DNA of 64,000 nt from Amoebidium appalachense (lineage: Eukaryota; Protista; Ichthyosporea), in NCBI GenBank assembly GCA_963693365.1, contig CAVNZM010000002.1, positions 15,285,615-15,349,614 on the forward strand, read 5' to 3'. Every line of letters begins with the position of its first letter. Position 1 is the first letter of the stretch. Position numbers and translations under genes: made by a program. Below, one piece after another: positions 29,040 to 45,267 of the stretch. The notes beneath the pieces were generated by a model. That model saw only the letters and a program-made list of their open reading frames with translations, was not told the origin of the DNA and did not search any database.

Positions 29040-29840
29040 TTACGGCTCTTCCACCCCATCTGTTGGCAGATCCTCGTCACCCACAGCAACCCCCTCGACA
29101 TCATCAACATTATCAGCAGGTACAGCAGCGGGCGATGGGGCCAAACCCGCGGGACTCTGAGCAGAGGGTGATGCGCTGACCGAATCGGAAGCAGTAATAG
29201 GTGCAGGGCGCGAAACAGTGGGTGGGGCCGGAGCATCCACGGGGGCAGCAGCACCATCCACCAAATCGACCACCTCGACGTCATTCCCCGCCAGGTCGGT
29301 CACAGGCTCAGGGACACTGGCGGGTGCGGGTGCTGGCTGGGAAACAACCACATTGCGTGCGGGGGCAGGTGCAGGTTTTCTGGCCGGGCGGGGCACGGAG
29401 GTGGGGTTGTCAGCACAGCAGCCACGGGCCCAGCCCTTCCAGCCCTGGCCGGCAGGGCACGTGGGCACGGCGCAGCAGCGACCCGTGCGTGGGTCCCACG
29501 TCTGGTTGATCGGGCAGTCGTTCTTGCAGCAGCCGGACGCCCAGCCCTTCCAGGCGTGGCCCGGCGCACACTCGGGAATGGCGCGGCAGCCCGTGCGCCA
29601 CTGCCACTGGCCCTGAGGGCACGACCCCCACAGGTTGGCGCCTGCTGGCTTCACCCCCCATGGGCCCCAGTTGCTGCCCCAGTTCCAGCCCCAGTTATTG
29701 GCCGCGGGGGCGCTGGTGGTCTTGGTTGTGACCGTAGCGGTGTTGGACGGGTTCCATCCCCACCACGTGTTGGGACCCTACGTGGCCTCTGTCTGGTGGG
29801 CTGTGAGGGCCAAAAGAGCGCCGACGAGGATGGGCTGCAT
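29040..29840 (-). pseudogene. Copy 1 of the secreted Trp/Cys-rich protein, with premature TAG at codon 21 (29778-29780)
   Basis: MQPILVGALLALTAHQTEAT* is followed by an in-frame continuation homologous to 31950-32744 (TGG>TAG). Confidence 0.88.
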
Positions 29841-30090
29841 AATTTTTGTGTGTTTAGCGCAGGAGTATTTTCTGTGCGGATGTGTGTCGAATTTATAACT
29901 AGCCAGCGAGTGTGCAAGGCGGATAAGATATGTTCCGGAAGGCGATGAGCTGAATGCGGTCACAGTGTGTACTGCTGGGGCGTTGAACTGAGGGGGTTGA
30001 TCGTGCTTGTAAAGTTTATATACTTGCAGGAATGTTACAGGAAGTGTGACGCTTCACGGTGATTGGATTTGCCGAATAAGACCTTAGACG

Positions 30091-30881
30091 TAGTCTCCAA
30101 GGCTATGTACCCGCTGGCTTAGCCCTACGTGTCGTAACGAGAAACTCTGCCAAGGGGTATTTATGATTGGTCCAGATCGAATCCGGTTCGATCCGATTAG
30201 CCATATAAGGAAACTGCAAAAAACCGTTTTTACGAAAGGTAGCCCTACGTATGTGGCCTGGGCGGGCCCTACTACGCTGCGGGGGCGTGTCCCGCCGTGT
30301 CTATGAAGCCGTATCAACGTTAGGCTAATCAAATCGCTGAAAGCTGTATTTAATCCGTATTAACAAATCCGAAAGCTTCAATTTTAAAGTCAAGCATAAC
30401 GATTAGTTATTTAAAACACCTGGGCGAGCGGATCATTTGGTTTGTTTTACTAGGGAAAGCTGGGTCGTTGTGCGAACTTGCCAAATTAAGTCAAGAGGAG
30501 AGGTGGGTAAGGCCATGCGCAGGCTGCAGCAGGCCGGCCGGCCGCGAACTTCAAAAGCACACAAGGTCACCGTACTGATAGTCTTACATCAGATACCCTT
30601 ACTTGTGCCATCCACTGTTAGTGTTGGAGCGCAAAGCTGTAGCGGCGCCAACCTGCGGCAACAACTGCTCACTGCCCGCAATGCGCGATTGGCAGAATCG
30701 ACTTGCGCAAGCATGACATCAGGGTCTCTGCCGCCCAGCGAGATCGCATTATAAAGATCGACTGATCTTTAACTAACCATTGCTTGTAAAACCAGATCCG
30801 ATTACGCGCGACCCAACTTTGTCTAGCGCCTGCGGCAACATACAAGGAGAGCCGCAGGGAGACAGCACTCTAAGTGACTAG
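30091..30881 (+). repeat. Repeat R2 copy interrupted by a 120-bp insert (~30121-30250) and a ~550-bp insert (~30296-30847)
   Basis: The blocks tagtctccaaggctatgtacccgctggctt, ctactacgctgcggg and agccgcagggagacagcactctaagtgacta are collinear with 47821-47914. Confidence 0.75.
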
Positions 30882-31221
30882 CTACTTAGACATGTGATTG
30901 GCCAAGAATTCTGTCTATGTACACTACCGGGTCGCCCCCCGGCGCCCCGGCCAGGGTAGTCACAGCCATAATTATCCCTACACACAAAATACTTTCTGGT
31001 TTTGAGCTATCACTATCAATATTTATAATTTCATAAGATTAAATTAAAGCTTCAGGTGCTAACATATATAGTGGCTATTCAATGAGGGTCAGCCTGGAGT
31101 CACCTGGGAATTTACATGTGATGCGCATCGGAAATCGGATTGGATGTTAGAAACATTGTTTATTCATTGGTATGCATCTTGATTAAATGTTCGAGTCATC
31201 GATTCGTCGAACTGCTGGACT

Positions 31222-31303
<82 letters not shown>

Positions 31304-31762
31304 CCCCAACGGATTCCCGATTTGTCGAGATATTTCGACGAATCGATGACTTGAACCTTTAGCCTATCCACGATGCATACCATTGAATAACCAAACGAAC
31401 GTTCGTCCAATCCCATGTCCAATCCGATTTCATACTCGCATACTGAGTCGCATGGAGTGTGATGACTCACTTCAGAGAGTAGGCTATCGTTCAAACTTCG
31501 ACTACGAAGAGTCTGAATATTAAAGAGGACGTGCCGTAGGTGTGTTAGCACGTGAACCTTTATTTTGCTTTTCATTCAACATGTATATAGCCTATTGATA
31601 GGGATAGCTCGAAAGGCCAGAAAAACTGTATATTGTGTCTGTGACTCTGTGTTTGGCTCAAATTGCCAATGAGTGAATGGACACAGAATAGCGTGTCGTC
31701 CAATCACTGAATTCATCAAACTTTCGGCTAATCAAATGTTTCAGACCTTCAAGTCCTCACAT

Positions 31763-31803
31763 CCAATCATCGCGAACCTTTACACTTCGTGAAAGTATAT
31801 AAA
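31763..31803 (+). promoter_or_regulatory. Putative core promoter: CCAAT box, CACTTC motif and TATATAAA
   Basis: The three motifs are conserved in order upstream of all three Trp/Cys-rich gene copies (also 38374-38414, and ~30015-30067 on the minus strand) despite divergence between the motifs in copy 1. Confidence 0.55.
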
Positions 31804-31949
31804 TGCCCTCAGAGCTCAGTTCAAACACAACAGCATTCCAAACGTATCTTCGACGTTTATAATTAGCCGTACTGCACACTCACCGGCTAATAGTTATAAA
31901 TTCAGCACATTTTCGCACATATAGTAATCCTGCGCTACACACAAAAACC

Positions 31950-32744
31950 ATGCAGCCCATCCTCCTCGGCGCTCTTTTGGCCCTCACAGCCCACCAGACA
32001 GAGGCCACGTGGGGTCCCAACACGTGGTGGGGATGGAACCCGTCCAACACCGCGACGGTCACAACCAAGACCACCAGCGCCCCCGCGGCCAATAACTGGG
32101 GCTGGAACTGGGGCAGCAACTGGGGCCCATGGGGGGTGAAGCCAGCCGGCGCCAACCTGTGGGGGTCGTGCCCTCAGGGCCAGTGGCAGTGGCGCACGGG
32201 CTGCCGAGCCATCCCCGAGTGTGCGCCCGGCCAGGCCTGGAAGGGCTGGGCGTCCGGCTGCTGCAAGAACGACTGCCCGATCAATCAGACGTGGGACCCA
32301 CGCACCGGCCGCTGCTGCGCCGTGCCCACGTGCCCTGCCGGCCAGGGCTGGAAGGGCTGGGCCCGTGGCTGCTGTGCTGACAACCCCGCCTCCGTGTCCC
32401 GCCCGGCCACAAAACCTGCACCTGCCCCCGCACGCAATGTTGTTATTTCCCAGCCAGCACCCGCACCCGCCAGTGCCCCTGAGCCTGTGACCAACCTGGT
32501 TGGGGATGACGTCGAGGTGGTCGATTTGGTGGATGGTGCTGCTGCCCCCGTGAATGCTCCGGCCCCACCTGCTGTGGTTCGCCCTGCACCTCTTCCCGCT
32601 TCTGATTCCGTCAGCGCGCCACGCCCTGCTCAGGTTCCCGTGGGTTTGGCCCCATCCCCTGCTGCTGCGCCTGCTGATATCGATAATTTTGATGTTGTCG
32701 ACGGGGTTGCTGTGGTTGACGAGGATCTGCCAACAGATGCGTGA
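31950..32744 (+). CDS. Secreted Trp/Gly/Asn- and Cys-rich protein, 264 aa (copy 2), family not recognised
   Basis: Intronless GC-rich ORF with a hydrophobic signal-like N-terminus, WGWNWG segments, four CPxGQxW...GCC-like repeats, a Pro/Ala linker and an acidic tail. Present in three copies. Confidence 0.9.
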   Translation: MQPILLGALLALTAHQTEATWGPNTWWGWNPSNTATVTTKTTSAPAANNWGWNWGSNWGPWGVKPAGANLWGSCPQGQWQWRTGCRAIPECAPGQAWKGWASGCCKNDCPINQTWDPRTGRCCAVPTCPAGQGWKGWARGCCADNPASVSRPATKPAPAPARNVVISQPAPAPASAPEPVTNLVGDDVEVVDLVDGAAAPVNAPAPPAVVRPAPLPASDSVSAPRPAQVPVGLAPSPAAAPADIDNFDVVDGVAVVDEDLPTDA

Positions 32745-32820
32745 TTTGTGGGTGAATTACGTAAACCTGGCTACGCGAATGAGATCTGTACATAGATAAG
32801 TGCTTTAGATGTTTCCAGCA

Positions 32821-32942
32821 TACCAATAGTAATTAATATAAGGGAGTCAAAGACTGCTTGAAGCAGTTTCTCTGTGCCACTTACCAATAGTAATTAATAT
32901 AAGGGAGTCAAAGACTGCTTGAAGCAGTTTCTCTGTGCCACT
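32821..32942. repeat. ~61-bp tandem duplication downstream of copy 2 (also ~39432-39553)
   Basis: taccaatagtaattaatataagggagtcaaagactgcttgaagcagtttctctgtgccact occurs twice; it is single in the copy 1 flank. Confidence 0.9.
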
Positions 32943-33814
32943 TGTAGTGGACAGCTTCAAACACTAACTAAAATGCCCGTAAAAAACACAGTCTTGCTTT
33001 TGAAGAACAGCTTTGCCCGTGCTAACTGACAGACTGCCCCCCCCCCCCCCCCCCCCCCCCTCTTACGGCTTCCCAAAAACACACCTTGCTCTGTTCCCCA
33101 GGTGTTTAGGCATTGTCACATATTGGCAGACACCAGCCTCTCTCTCTCCTCTCTATCGCTCTCTCGCTCCCCCTCCCCCCCATCCCTCCCCCCCAAGGCC
33201 TCTACCCTTCCTTTTCTCTCTTCCCCCCTTCGACTCTCTCCTGAATGTTTCTCCTCTCTCAGAGAGTCTCTCTATGTCTTTCTCTCTCTCTCTCCCTCCA
33301 CCCCTCCCCCCCCCTTCTATCTCTATCTCTTTCTATATCCTTCACTCTATCTCTCTCTCTATCTCTCCCGAACTCCCCGACCCCGTACCCCACCCCCAGC
33401 TCTAGATCTCTTTCTCTTGCCCCCCCCCCCCCCCCCTCCCCCCCCCGCCGCCGCCTCTCTCCCTCCCCCCTCCTCCCTCTCTCTCCTTCTTCCTCTCTCT
33501 CTCTCTCCTCCTCCTCCCCGACCCCGTACCCCACCCCCAGCTCTAGATCTCTTTCTCTTGCCCCCCCCCCCCCCCCCCTCCCCCCCCCGCCGCCGCCTCT
33601 CTCCCTCCCCCTCCTCCCTCTCTCTCCCGCTTCCTCTCTCTCTCTCTCCTCCTCCTCCCCTTCCCCCCGCCTCTCTCTCTCTCCCCCTCCCCCACATCTC
33701 CCCCCACCTCCCTTCTCCCTCTCGCTCGATCCCCCCCCTCCCCCCCCTCCTTTCCCCCTCAGATACCATCCCTCCTTTTCTTCGAGACTCCAACTACCCC
33801 TCCTCCCTGACGAC

Positions 33815-34264
33815 GTACGGGTCCCTCTCTCTGCTGCCTTTGCCGCCCTCGCTGTCGCCAGCACAGCCGATGCGGCACGCTGCGAGACCACGTCCTCTTT
33901 TGTCGCATGCGACAGCAAAGTGGACTGCAACGTCTACAACAAGGACCCCAAGACCCACGGCACCATGCGCTGCAAGCCCCGCACAGCAGCCACCACCCAG
34001 CCCTGCACCGTCGCCTACTGCTGCGCCGTGCCGCCCTCCTACGTGCCCTGCAACACGGTCGTCACGTGTCTGCCGGGGTCCACATACGTGAAAGACCCCA
34101 AGACAGGCGGCGTGCTGCGCTGCAAGCCCCGGCCCGACTCCAAAGAGCACTGCATATATGACTACTGCTGCAAGCCATTCTACTACAACTCACCCCCCCC
34201 CAAAAAAAAAGAAAAAGAAAAGAAACGAGGATTCGCCAAATCAGTAGATAACTTGAATGTTTGA
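33815..34264 (+). CDS. Putative secreted Cys-rich protein with two internal repeats; start codon not visible
   Basis: Signal-like VRVPLSAAFAALAVASTADA, then two C...C...KDPKTxGxxRCKPR...C...YCC units with coding-like GC-rich codons. Confidence 0.65.
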   Translation, partial: VRVPLSAAFAALAVASTADAARCETTSSFVACDSKVDCNVYNKDPKTHGTMRCKPRTAATTQPCTVAYCCAVPPSYVPCNTVVTCLPGSTYVKDPKTGGVLRCKPRPDSKEHCIYDYCCKPFYYNSPPPKKKEKEKKRGFAKSVDNLNV

Positions 34265-35575
34265 AAAAACTAACTCGTTTATTCAGTCTCGCTAGCAATA
34301 TTAGTACAGTAAAACACACCGCCGACAACCCCAATGGAGCATGCAGTTTGCAACAATGTTATACAAAATCACGATAACGCCGGACCACGTTGAGCGTGGA
34401 AATCAACGATCATCCTTCTTTAAAGAAAAAAAAAGATAACCACCTGAAACAAGATGCTGTGTTTTGCTAAGTGACCACGGTCTTGCAAGTAGTATGCATC
34501 ATTAATGCACAAATTTAAACTTTTAGACATAACCGTGTGCCACCTTATGCAAGTATACTTTTATCTCAAGCTTGCACATAATAATAGGCACTGCTTGATG
34601 GGAGTTTGAAAAAGAAAGACGACGGCGGGTTAAAGGCTATGTACGGGTGGGGTTGGAAGGGGGGGAAAGGGGAGGGGAGGGAGGGGGGGGGGGGAGCAAA
34701 ACCTAGAGACATAGCTTCCCCCACAAGCACACAAACACACATGTGCACGCGCACACGCCTGCACCGCTGTAAACAGTTGAGCTAGTTAGGATAAGGCAGA
34801 GAACAACTGAATCAAATAAAGACAGAGAACGGGTAGTAAGGCACACGCGGCCAGGTTACTTTTACTGTGGGCCGACTCAGTCTGTCTAGCTGAAGTGATC
34901 CCCCGTACTGGGACGGCTTTCTTATATAGCCCCCAGGTTTCGGATTAAGGCCCAGGATTGGTTCATCCGCGGCCAGCGCGGGTGGCAACATGCCATTCGT
35001 GATTATTATGGTGCGGTCCGAGCCAGTCAGACCTTTGTCCTATTTATGCAAACCGTATTGGTTCACTTCGTTTATGTGGTATGCAGCGGAAGAACCATAT
35101 ATGGTTCACTTCTTAGGTCAGAGTGTTTCCGATTGGTGCAGACATAATATTTATGTGACATTCATGACAAAGCACGAATCTTATGCTAGTAGATCACATT
35201 CTTTAGTAAACATGTACAGTTCATGTGTACAGTTGTTTACAACCGCCACCAGGTGCACAACGGTACAGAGGTGGTTCACTCAAAGGCCAATCAATTCATG
35301 TGCACTGATTAAGAGTCGACAGAAAGATGAAAGTTCTAGTCTACAGCTGAGATTAGGGGAAACCAAAGAAAGCCCCGGGGTGTGGGGTTTTTTTTTTTCT
35401 TTGGGGGGGGGGGGGGGGGGGGGGGGGGAGGGGGGGGAGAGGGGAAGGGGGGAGGGGGGAGGGAGGGGGGGGGGGGGGGGGGGGGGGGGGATGGAAGGTC
35501 TGCACGTCCGCGGGTGCACAGCTCAAACAACAGCACGTGGCAGGCTAATTTTTTTGAAAAAAAAAGAGAGAGATC

Positions 35576-35664
<89 letters not shown>

Positions 35665-35672
35665 CGTGCGTG

Positions 35673-35749
<77 letters not shown>

Positions 35750-37175
35750 AGTAGACGTGTGTGTGTGTACACGTGTACGGTGTGTGCAAGCGCGCACGCG
35801 CGCGCGTGTGTGTGTACGGTGTGTGTGTTGCACGTGCGCGAGCGCGTGTGCGAGTGTGTGTACGGTATGTGTGTACGGTGTGTGTGTTAGGGTAGGTAGG
35901 AGGGGGGATGGGGGATGTGAGGATGGAGTGGGGGGGAGGGGGGGGGGGGCATGCGGGTGTGTGTGTGGGGGGGATTTATCATGCATACTGCTATCTCTTT
36001 ATTTCAAGTTATCCTGTCAGTTGCCCTTCTCTCCGAGTCATACCTGCCAGGGTCCTTCTTCTCACCCGTCGAAAAAGCTACTGGCAGAGATTTTAATGAG
36101 CCTCAGATCCGACTACCTCCGATATCATCCCCTCCCCCCCCCATCTCCCCCCCCCCCCCCCCCCCTCTCTCTCTTTCTCTCCCTCCCTCCCTCCCTCCTT
36201 CCCTCTCTCTCCCTCAATCCCTCTCTCTCTCTCTCTGTCTCTCTCTCTCTGTTGGAATACGTATCGACGTAGGCCAGCAAGAGGCTTGAAGTATGTGTAT
36301 GTGTCTTAGCCTTGTTTGTATTCGTGTCTTGTTTTCTCCTTTGTGCTATCTTCATTTTCCCACTTCTCTCTCTCCCCCCCCCCCCCCCCTCTCCCCCCCC
36401 CCCCCCCCCCCCCCCCGTATCTCTCTCTCCCCCTTGTTTCTGTGTGCACAGATATCTGGAGATCTGTGCACACCTGGCTCCCTTGCCTGTCAGGATGTGT
36501 TGTGTTTTACTTGTGTTTGCTCTCCTCTGTTTTACTGTGAGTAAAGTGCTTGGCTAGCTATCCTTGTTGTCTTTGTTTTTAGGTCGAAATAGGAGTGCTC
36601 ACCAATAGACACGAGTGAGCCGATCTATAGACCGTGGTGTTGCATTCCTGTCTATTAATATACGTGTTTTGATTGGACACATTAGATCCGTTTGAGTTCG
36701 TTCAAATAATGTGTCTTCACTCTGAGAGTGTCTGCTATTAGGAAGTATATGTATTTAGATGAGTTTCTTTATAGAGACGAATGTAAATATATATGTGTAT
36801 TAATAGTGACAAGTTGGTTGAGTTACTTAATTTATTTACGTAGAGTTTCCAAATTCTGTTGTGTCGGAAGTTAGAAAGCGTTTCTAGATTGGAATGTATT
36901 GCCCTGTCGCTTGAAGGAACCCGAATGGTTCCCTTCTTTTTGTTGAGATGAGATGATGAATGGGCCAGAACAAAAAGGCCCGAGAGTGCAATAAACGTCA
37001 GTTGTTGCTTGAATCTTTCTCGTGTCGTGAACAACTCCGATTGCCCTCTCCATATTGTGTTTGTCGTGTTTACATGACACCTCTGTGCTCTCTGCTTCCC
37101 TTAGACCCGTACAAAAACAACACAGACTCTCTCTTTTCTCTCTCTCTCTCTCTCTCTCTCTCATTCTCTCTCTCT

Positions 37176-37225
<50 letters not shown>

Positions 37226-37373
37226 CCTCCCTCCCTCCCTCCCTCTCTCTCCCTCTCCTCTCTCTCTCCCTCTCTATCCCTCTCTCTCTGTCTCTGTCCC
37301 CCCCCCCCTCCTCTCTCCTACAGGGCACTGTATTCTCTTCTACTCTCTCTCTCTCTCTCTTCTCTCTCTCTTT

Positions 37374-37520
<147 letters not shown>

Positions 37521-37583
37521 CACTCGATCGATCTCTCTCTCTCTCTCCCCCTCCGAGCTCCCCCCCCTCCCCTCCCTCACTCG

Positions 37584-37674
<91 letters not shown>

Positions 37675-37688
37675 AACACACACATACA

Positions 37689-37730
<42 letters not shown>

Positions 37731-37772
37731 GTGACACGCAGCCCACACACGCATACGCACACACACACACAT

Positions 37773-37863
<91 letters not shown>

Positions 37864-37951
37864 CACACGCACACACACAAAGTATACACCCTCTCTCCTA
37901 CAGGGGACTATAGCACTGCATGTACGGCAATACCCATCGGACCCGAGAATA

Positions 37952-40160
37952 TTGTCGAAATATTTCGACGAATCGATTGCCTTGAACCTTTATCAACGAT
38001 GCATACCATTGAATAACCAAAGTTTCCAAATGAACGGTCGTCCAATCCGATTTCATACTCGCATGATGACTTGAGAGTGAGTCAGATCTCTACTAATCAT
38101 CTCTACGAAGAATCTGAATATTGGCGGCATGGGCCAGCAAGTAAGGGGACGTGCCGTGGGTGTTGTTAGCACGTGAACCTTTGTTTTGTTTTCTATTCAA
38201 CATATACTATAGCCTATTGATGGGGATAGCTCGAAAGGCCGGAAAAACCGTATATTGTGTCTGTGACTCTGTGTTTGGCTCAATAGACACAGAATAACGT
38301 GTCGTCCAATCACTGAATTCATCAAACTTTCGGGTTTCAGACCTACTGAGAGGCCAAGTGCGTTTCCTCACATCCAATCATCGCGAACCTTTACACTTCG
38401 TGAAAGTATATAAATGCCCTCAGAGCTCAGTTCAAACACAACAGCATTCCAAACGTATCTTCGACGTTTATAATTAGCCGTACTGCACACTCACCGGCTA
38501 ATAGTTATAAATTCAGCACATTTTCGCACATATAGTAATCCTGCGCTACACACAAAAACCATGCAGCCCATCCTCCTCGGCGCTCTTTTGGCCCTCACAG
38601 CCCACCAGACAGAGGCCACGTGGGGTCCCAACACGTGGTGGGGATGGAACCCGTCCAACACCGCGACGGTCACAACCAAGACCACCAGCGCCCCCGCGGC
38701 CAATAACTGGGGCTGGAACTGGGGCAGCAACTGGGGCCCATGGGGGGTGAAGCCAGCCGGCGCCAACCTGTGGGGGTCGTGCCCTCAGGGCCAGTGGCAG
38801 TGGCGCACGGGCTGCCGAGCCATCCCCGAGTGTGCGCCCGGCCAGGCCTGGAAGGGCTGGGCGTCCGGCTGCTGCAAGAACGACTGCCCGATCAATCAGA
38901 CGTGGGACCCACGCACCGGCCGCTGCTGCGCCGTGCCCACGTGCCCTGCCGGCCAGGGCTGGAAGGGCTGGGCCCGTGGCTGCTGTGCTGACAACCCCGC
39001 CTCCGTGTCCCGCCCGGCCACAAAACCTGCACCTGCCCCCGCACGCAATGTTGTTATTTCCCAGCCAGCACCCGCACCCGCCAGTGCCCCTGAGCCTGTG
39101 ACCAACCTGGTTGGGGATGACGTCGAGGTGGTCGATTTGGTGGATGGTGCTGCTGCCCCCGTGAATGCTCCGGCCCCACCTGCTGTGGTTCGCCCTGCAC
39201 CTCTTCCCGCTTCTGATTCCGTCAGCGCGCCACGCCCTGCTCAGGTTCCCGTGGGTTTGGCCCCATCCCCTGCTGCTGCGCCTGCTGATATCGATAATTT
39301 TGATGTTGTCGACGGGGTTGCTGTGGTTGACGAGGATCTGCCAACAGATGCGTGATTTGTGGGTGAATTACGTAAACCTGGCTACGCGAATGAGATCTGT
39401 ACATAGATAAGTGCTTTAGATGTTTCCAGCATACCAATAGTAATTAATATAAGGGAGTCAAAGACTGCTTGAAGCAGTTTCTCTGTGCCACTTACCAATA
39501 GTAATTAATATAAGGGAGTCAAAGACTGCTTGAAGCAGTTTCTCTGTGCCACTTGTAGTGGACAGCTTCAAACACTAACTAAAATGCCCGTAAAAAACAC
39601 AGTCTTGCTTTTGAAGAACAGCTTTGCCCGTGCTAACTGACAGACTGCCCCCCCCCCCCCCCCCCCCCCCCTCTTACGGCTTCCCAAAAACACACCTTGC
39701 TCTGTTCCCCAGGTGTTTAGGCATTGTCACATATTGGCAGACACCAGCCTCTCTCTCTCCTCTCTATCGCTCTCTCGCTCCCCCTCCCCCCATCCCTCCC
39801 CCCCAAGGCCTCTACCCTTCCTTTTCTCTCTTCCCCCCTTCGACTCTCTCCTGAATGTTTCTCCTCTCTCAGAGAGTCTCTCTATGTCTTTCTCTCTCTC
39901 TCTCCCTCCACCCCTCCCCCCCCCTTCTATCTCTATCTCTTTCTATATCCTTCACTCTATCTCTCTCTCTATCTCTCCCGAACTCCCCGACCCCGTACCC
40001 CACCCCCAGCTCTAGATCTCTTTCTCTTGCCCCCCCCCCCCCCCCCTCCCCCCCGCCGCCGCCTCTCTCCCTCCCCCCTCCTCCCTCTCTCTCCTTCTTC
40101 CTCTCTCTCTCTCTCCTCCTCCCTCCCCGACCCCCGTACCCCACCCCCAGCTCTAGATCT
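37952..40160 (+). repeat. Segmental duplicate of ~31322-33560 (offset 6611 in the core)
   Basis: Diverged, with indels, up to 38364. From 38365 (=31754) it is essentially identical through the CDS and 3' flank. Confidence 0.9.
38561..39355 (+). CDS. Secreted Trp/Cys-rich protein (copy 3), protein identical to copy 2
   Basis: The 264-aa translation is identical to 31950-32744. Confidence 0.9.
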   Translation: MQPILLGALLALTAHQTEATWGPNTWWGWNPSNTATVTTKTTSAPAANNWGWNWGSNWGPWGVKPAGANLWGSCPQGQWQWRTGCRAIPECAPGQAWKGWASGCCKNDCPINQTWDPRTGRCCAVPTCPAGQGWKGWARGCCADNPASVSRPATKPAPAPARNVVISQPAPAPASAPEPVTNLVGDDVEVVDLVDGAAAPVNAPAPPAVVRPAPLPASDSVSAPRPAQVPVGLAPSPAAAPADIDNFDVVDGVAVVDEDLPTDA

Positions 40161-40332
40161 CTTTCTCTTGCCCCCCCCCCCCCCCCCCCCCCCCCTCTCT
40201 CAGAGAGTCTCTCTATGTCTTTCTCTCTCTCTCTCCCTCCACCCCTCTCCCCCCCCCCATCTCTCACGATCTCCCCGCCCCCGTCCCCTCCCCCCCCCCC
40301 CCCCCCCCGGCCCCAGCTCTGGATCTCTTTCT

Positions 40333-40366
<34 letters not shown>

Positions 40367-40404
40367 CTCTCTCCCTCCCCCTCCTCTCTCTCTCTCTCTT
40401 TCTT

Positions 40405-40469
<65 letters not shown>

Positions 40470-40811
40470 CCTCCTCCCCTTTCCCCCGTCTCTCTCTTCC
40501 CCCCCCCCCCCCCCCCCCCTTCATCTCCCCCCCCCTCCCTTCTCTCTCTCGCTCGATCCCCCCCCCCCCCCCCCCCCCCCCCCTCCCCCCCCCCCCCCTT
40601 CCCCCAACCACAAAAAAAAAGGAAAAGGAAAAGAAAAGAAAACAAACATCCCCGCTCTCCTCCTCTCAAAACTCCCTTCCTTCCCATTTTTCCTCAGCGA
40701 GTTACATGGGCTCGGATTATGTTCCCTTTCCACTCCTTTTGGTGTTTTTCTTTCTAACCGGGAGGAATGTTTGGCTCATGCCCTCAAGCTTTTTTGCAAT
40801 GCATGCAACTG

Positions 40812-40845
<34 letters not shown>

Positions 40846-41389
40846 CCCCCCCTCCCTCTCCCCGGGTGGCCAACGTGCACATGTACATATATCCACACCC
40901 ACACACATCAAAGTACAAAGACACGGCCGCGGGAGCTGGACCAAACGCAAATGTGCTGTAGCACTGATTTGAAAAACGATTCTGCAGTTTTCGCCGGATG
41001 GTTCTAGTTTTTGCAGAATGTTTGAATTCGGTGCAAGTAGATTCTGCTGATATGATTGGCCCCTCAACTGAACGGCTCTAGGTCTGTATTAGGTGATGGG
41101 CACCTCCTAATTTAGGCAAAAGATAGCCATTATTTAACAAAAAAGCGCAAGAGCACCATCTCACTAACTTATTATTCTGCACATAAAGAACAGTCTCCAT
41201 ACAGATAACGCAAGCCTGGCGCACTTTCTATATAAGGCAAAAAAGAATTGGTTAGTTACATACAGAATGGGTAAGAGCACCTTCTAAATAAGGCAAACAA
41301 GGATTTGTTGTTTACATACATATAGCACTAAAGAACCGCTCATGCCACGGTCTGCCTTGTGTATATATACATCGCTGCATAACCATTCA

Positions 41390-44757
<3,368 letters not shown>

Positions 44758-45067
44758 GTTTGGTTTCCGAATCGCCCTTGGGAAACCCTTTGACCACCTA
44801 TAGCATGCACAATTTCGGCAAACGAAGGGCACAGAGAAAATGTGCTAGGCACGTTTTTTGTCAGAGATTAGTCGCTAGATAGTCTGATTTATAAACCTGA
44901 CGCACGGCTCTCCTGCCTCCTGCCCAAGTGAGTGCGAAGAAAAAACGGGAGCGTCGATTACTCTCCAAGGCTATGTACCCACTGGCTTACGTTCAATTCC
45001 CAAGCTCCTAGGGTGTGACGTAATATTTGGCACGAAATTTAACCCTTACGACAATTACGTCAATTAA

Positions 45068-45250
45068 ATTAGCCATATAAGGATATTTAAAGAAACCGTT
45101 TTTACGAAAGGGTGCCCTACGTAGGCCCCCTTTCGTAAAAACGGTTTTTTATATATCCTTATATGGCTAATCTGATGGAACCGGATTCGATCTGGACCAA
45201 TCATAAATACCCCTTGACAGAGTTTTCTCGTACGACACGTAGGGCCCCCT
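45068..45250. repeat. ~104-bp imperfect palindrome (45068-45171) formed by opposed copies of a ~120-bp MITE-like unit
   Basis: attagccatataaggata...ccgtttttacgaaaggg | ccctttcgtaaaaacgg...tatccttatatggctaat. The segment 45120-45244 is the reverse complement of ~30123-30250. Confidence 0.8.
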
Positions 45251-45267
45251 TCGTACCGCATGAATCT

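Noticed and set aside
36560-37070. AT-rich ORF remnants, possibly a decayed retroelement tail
   Set aside because: No diagnostic motifs.
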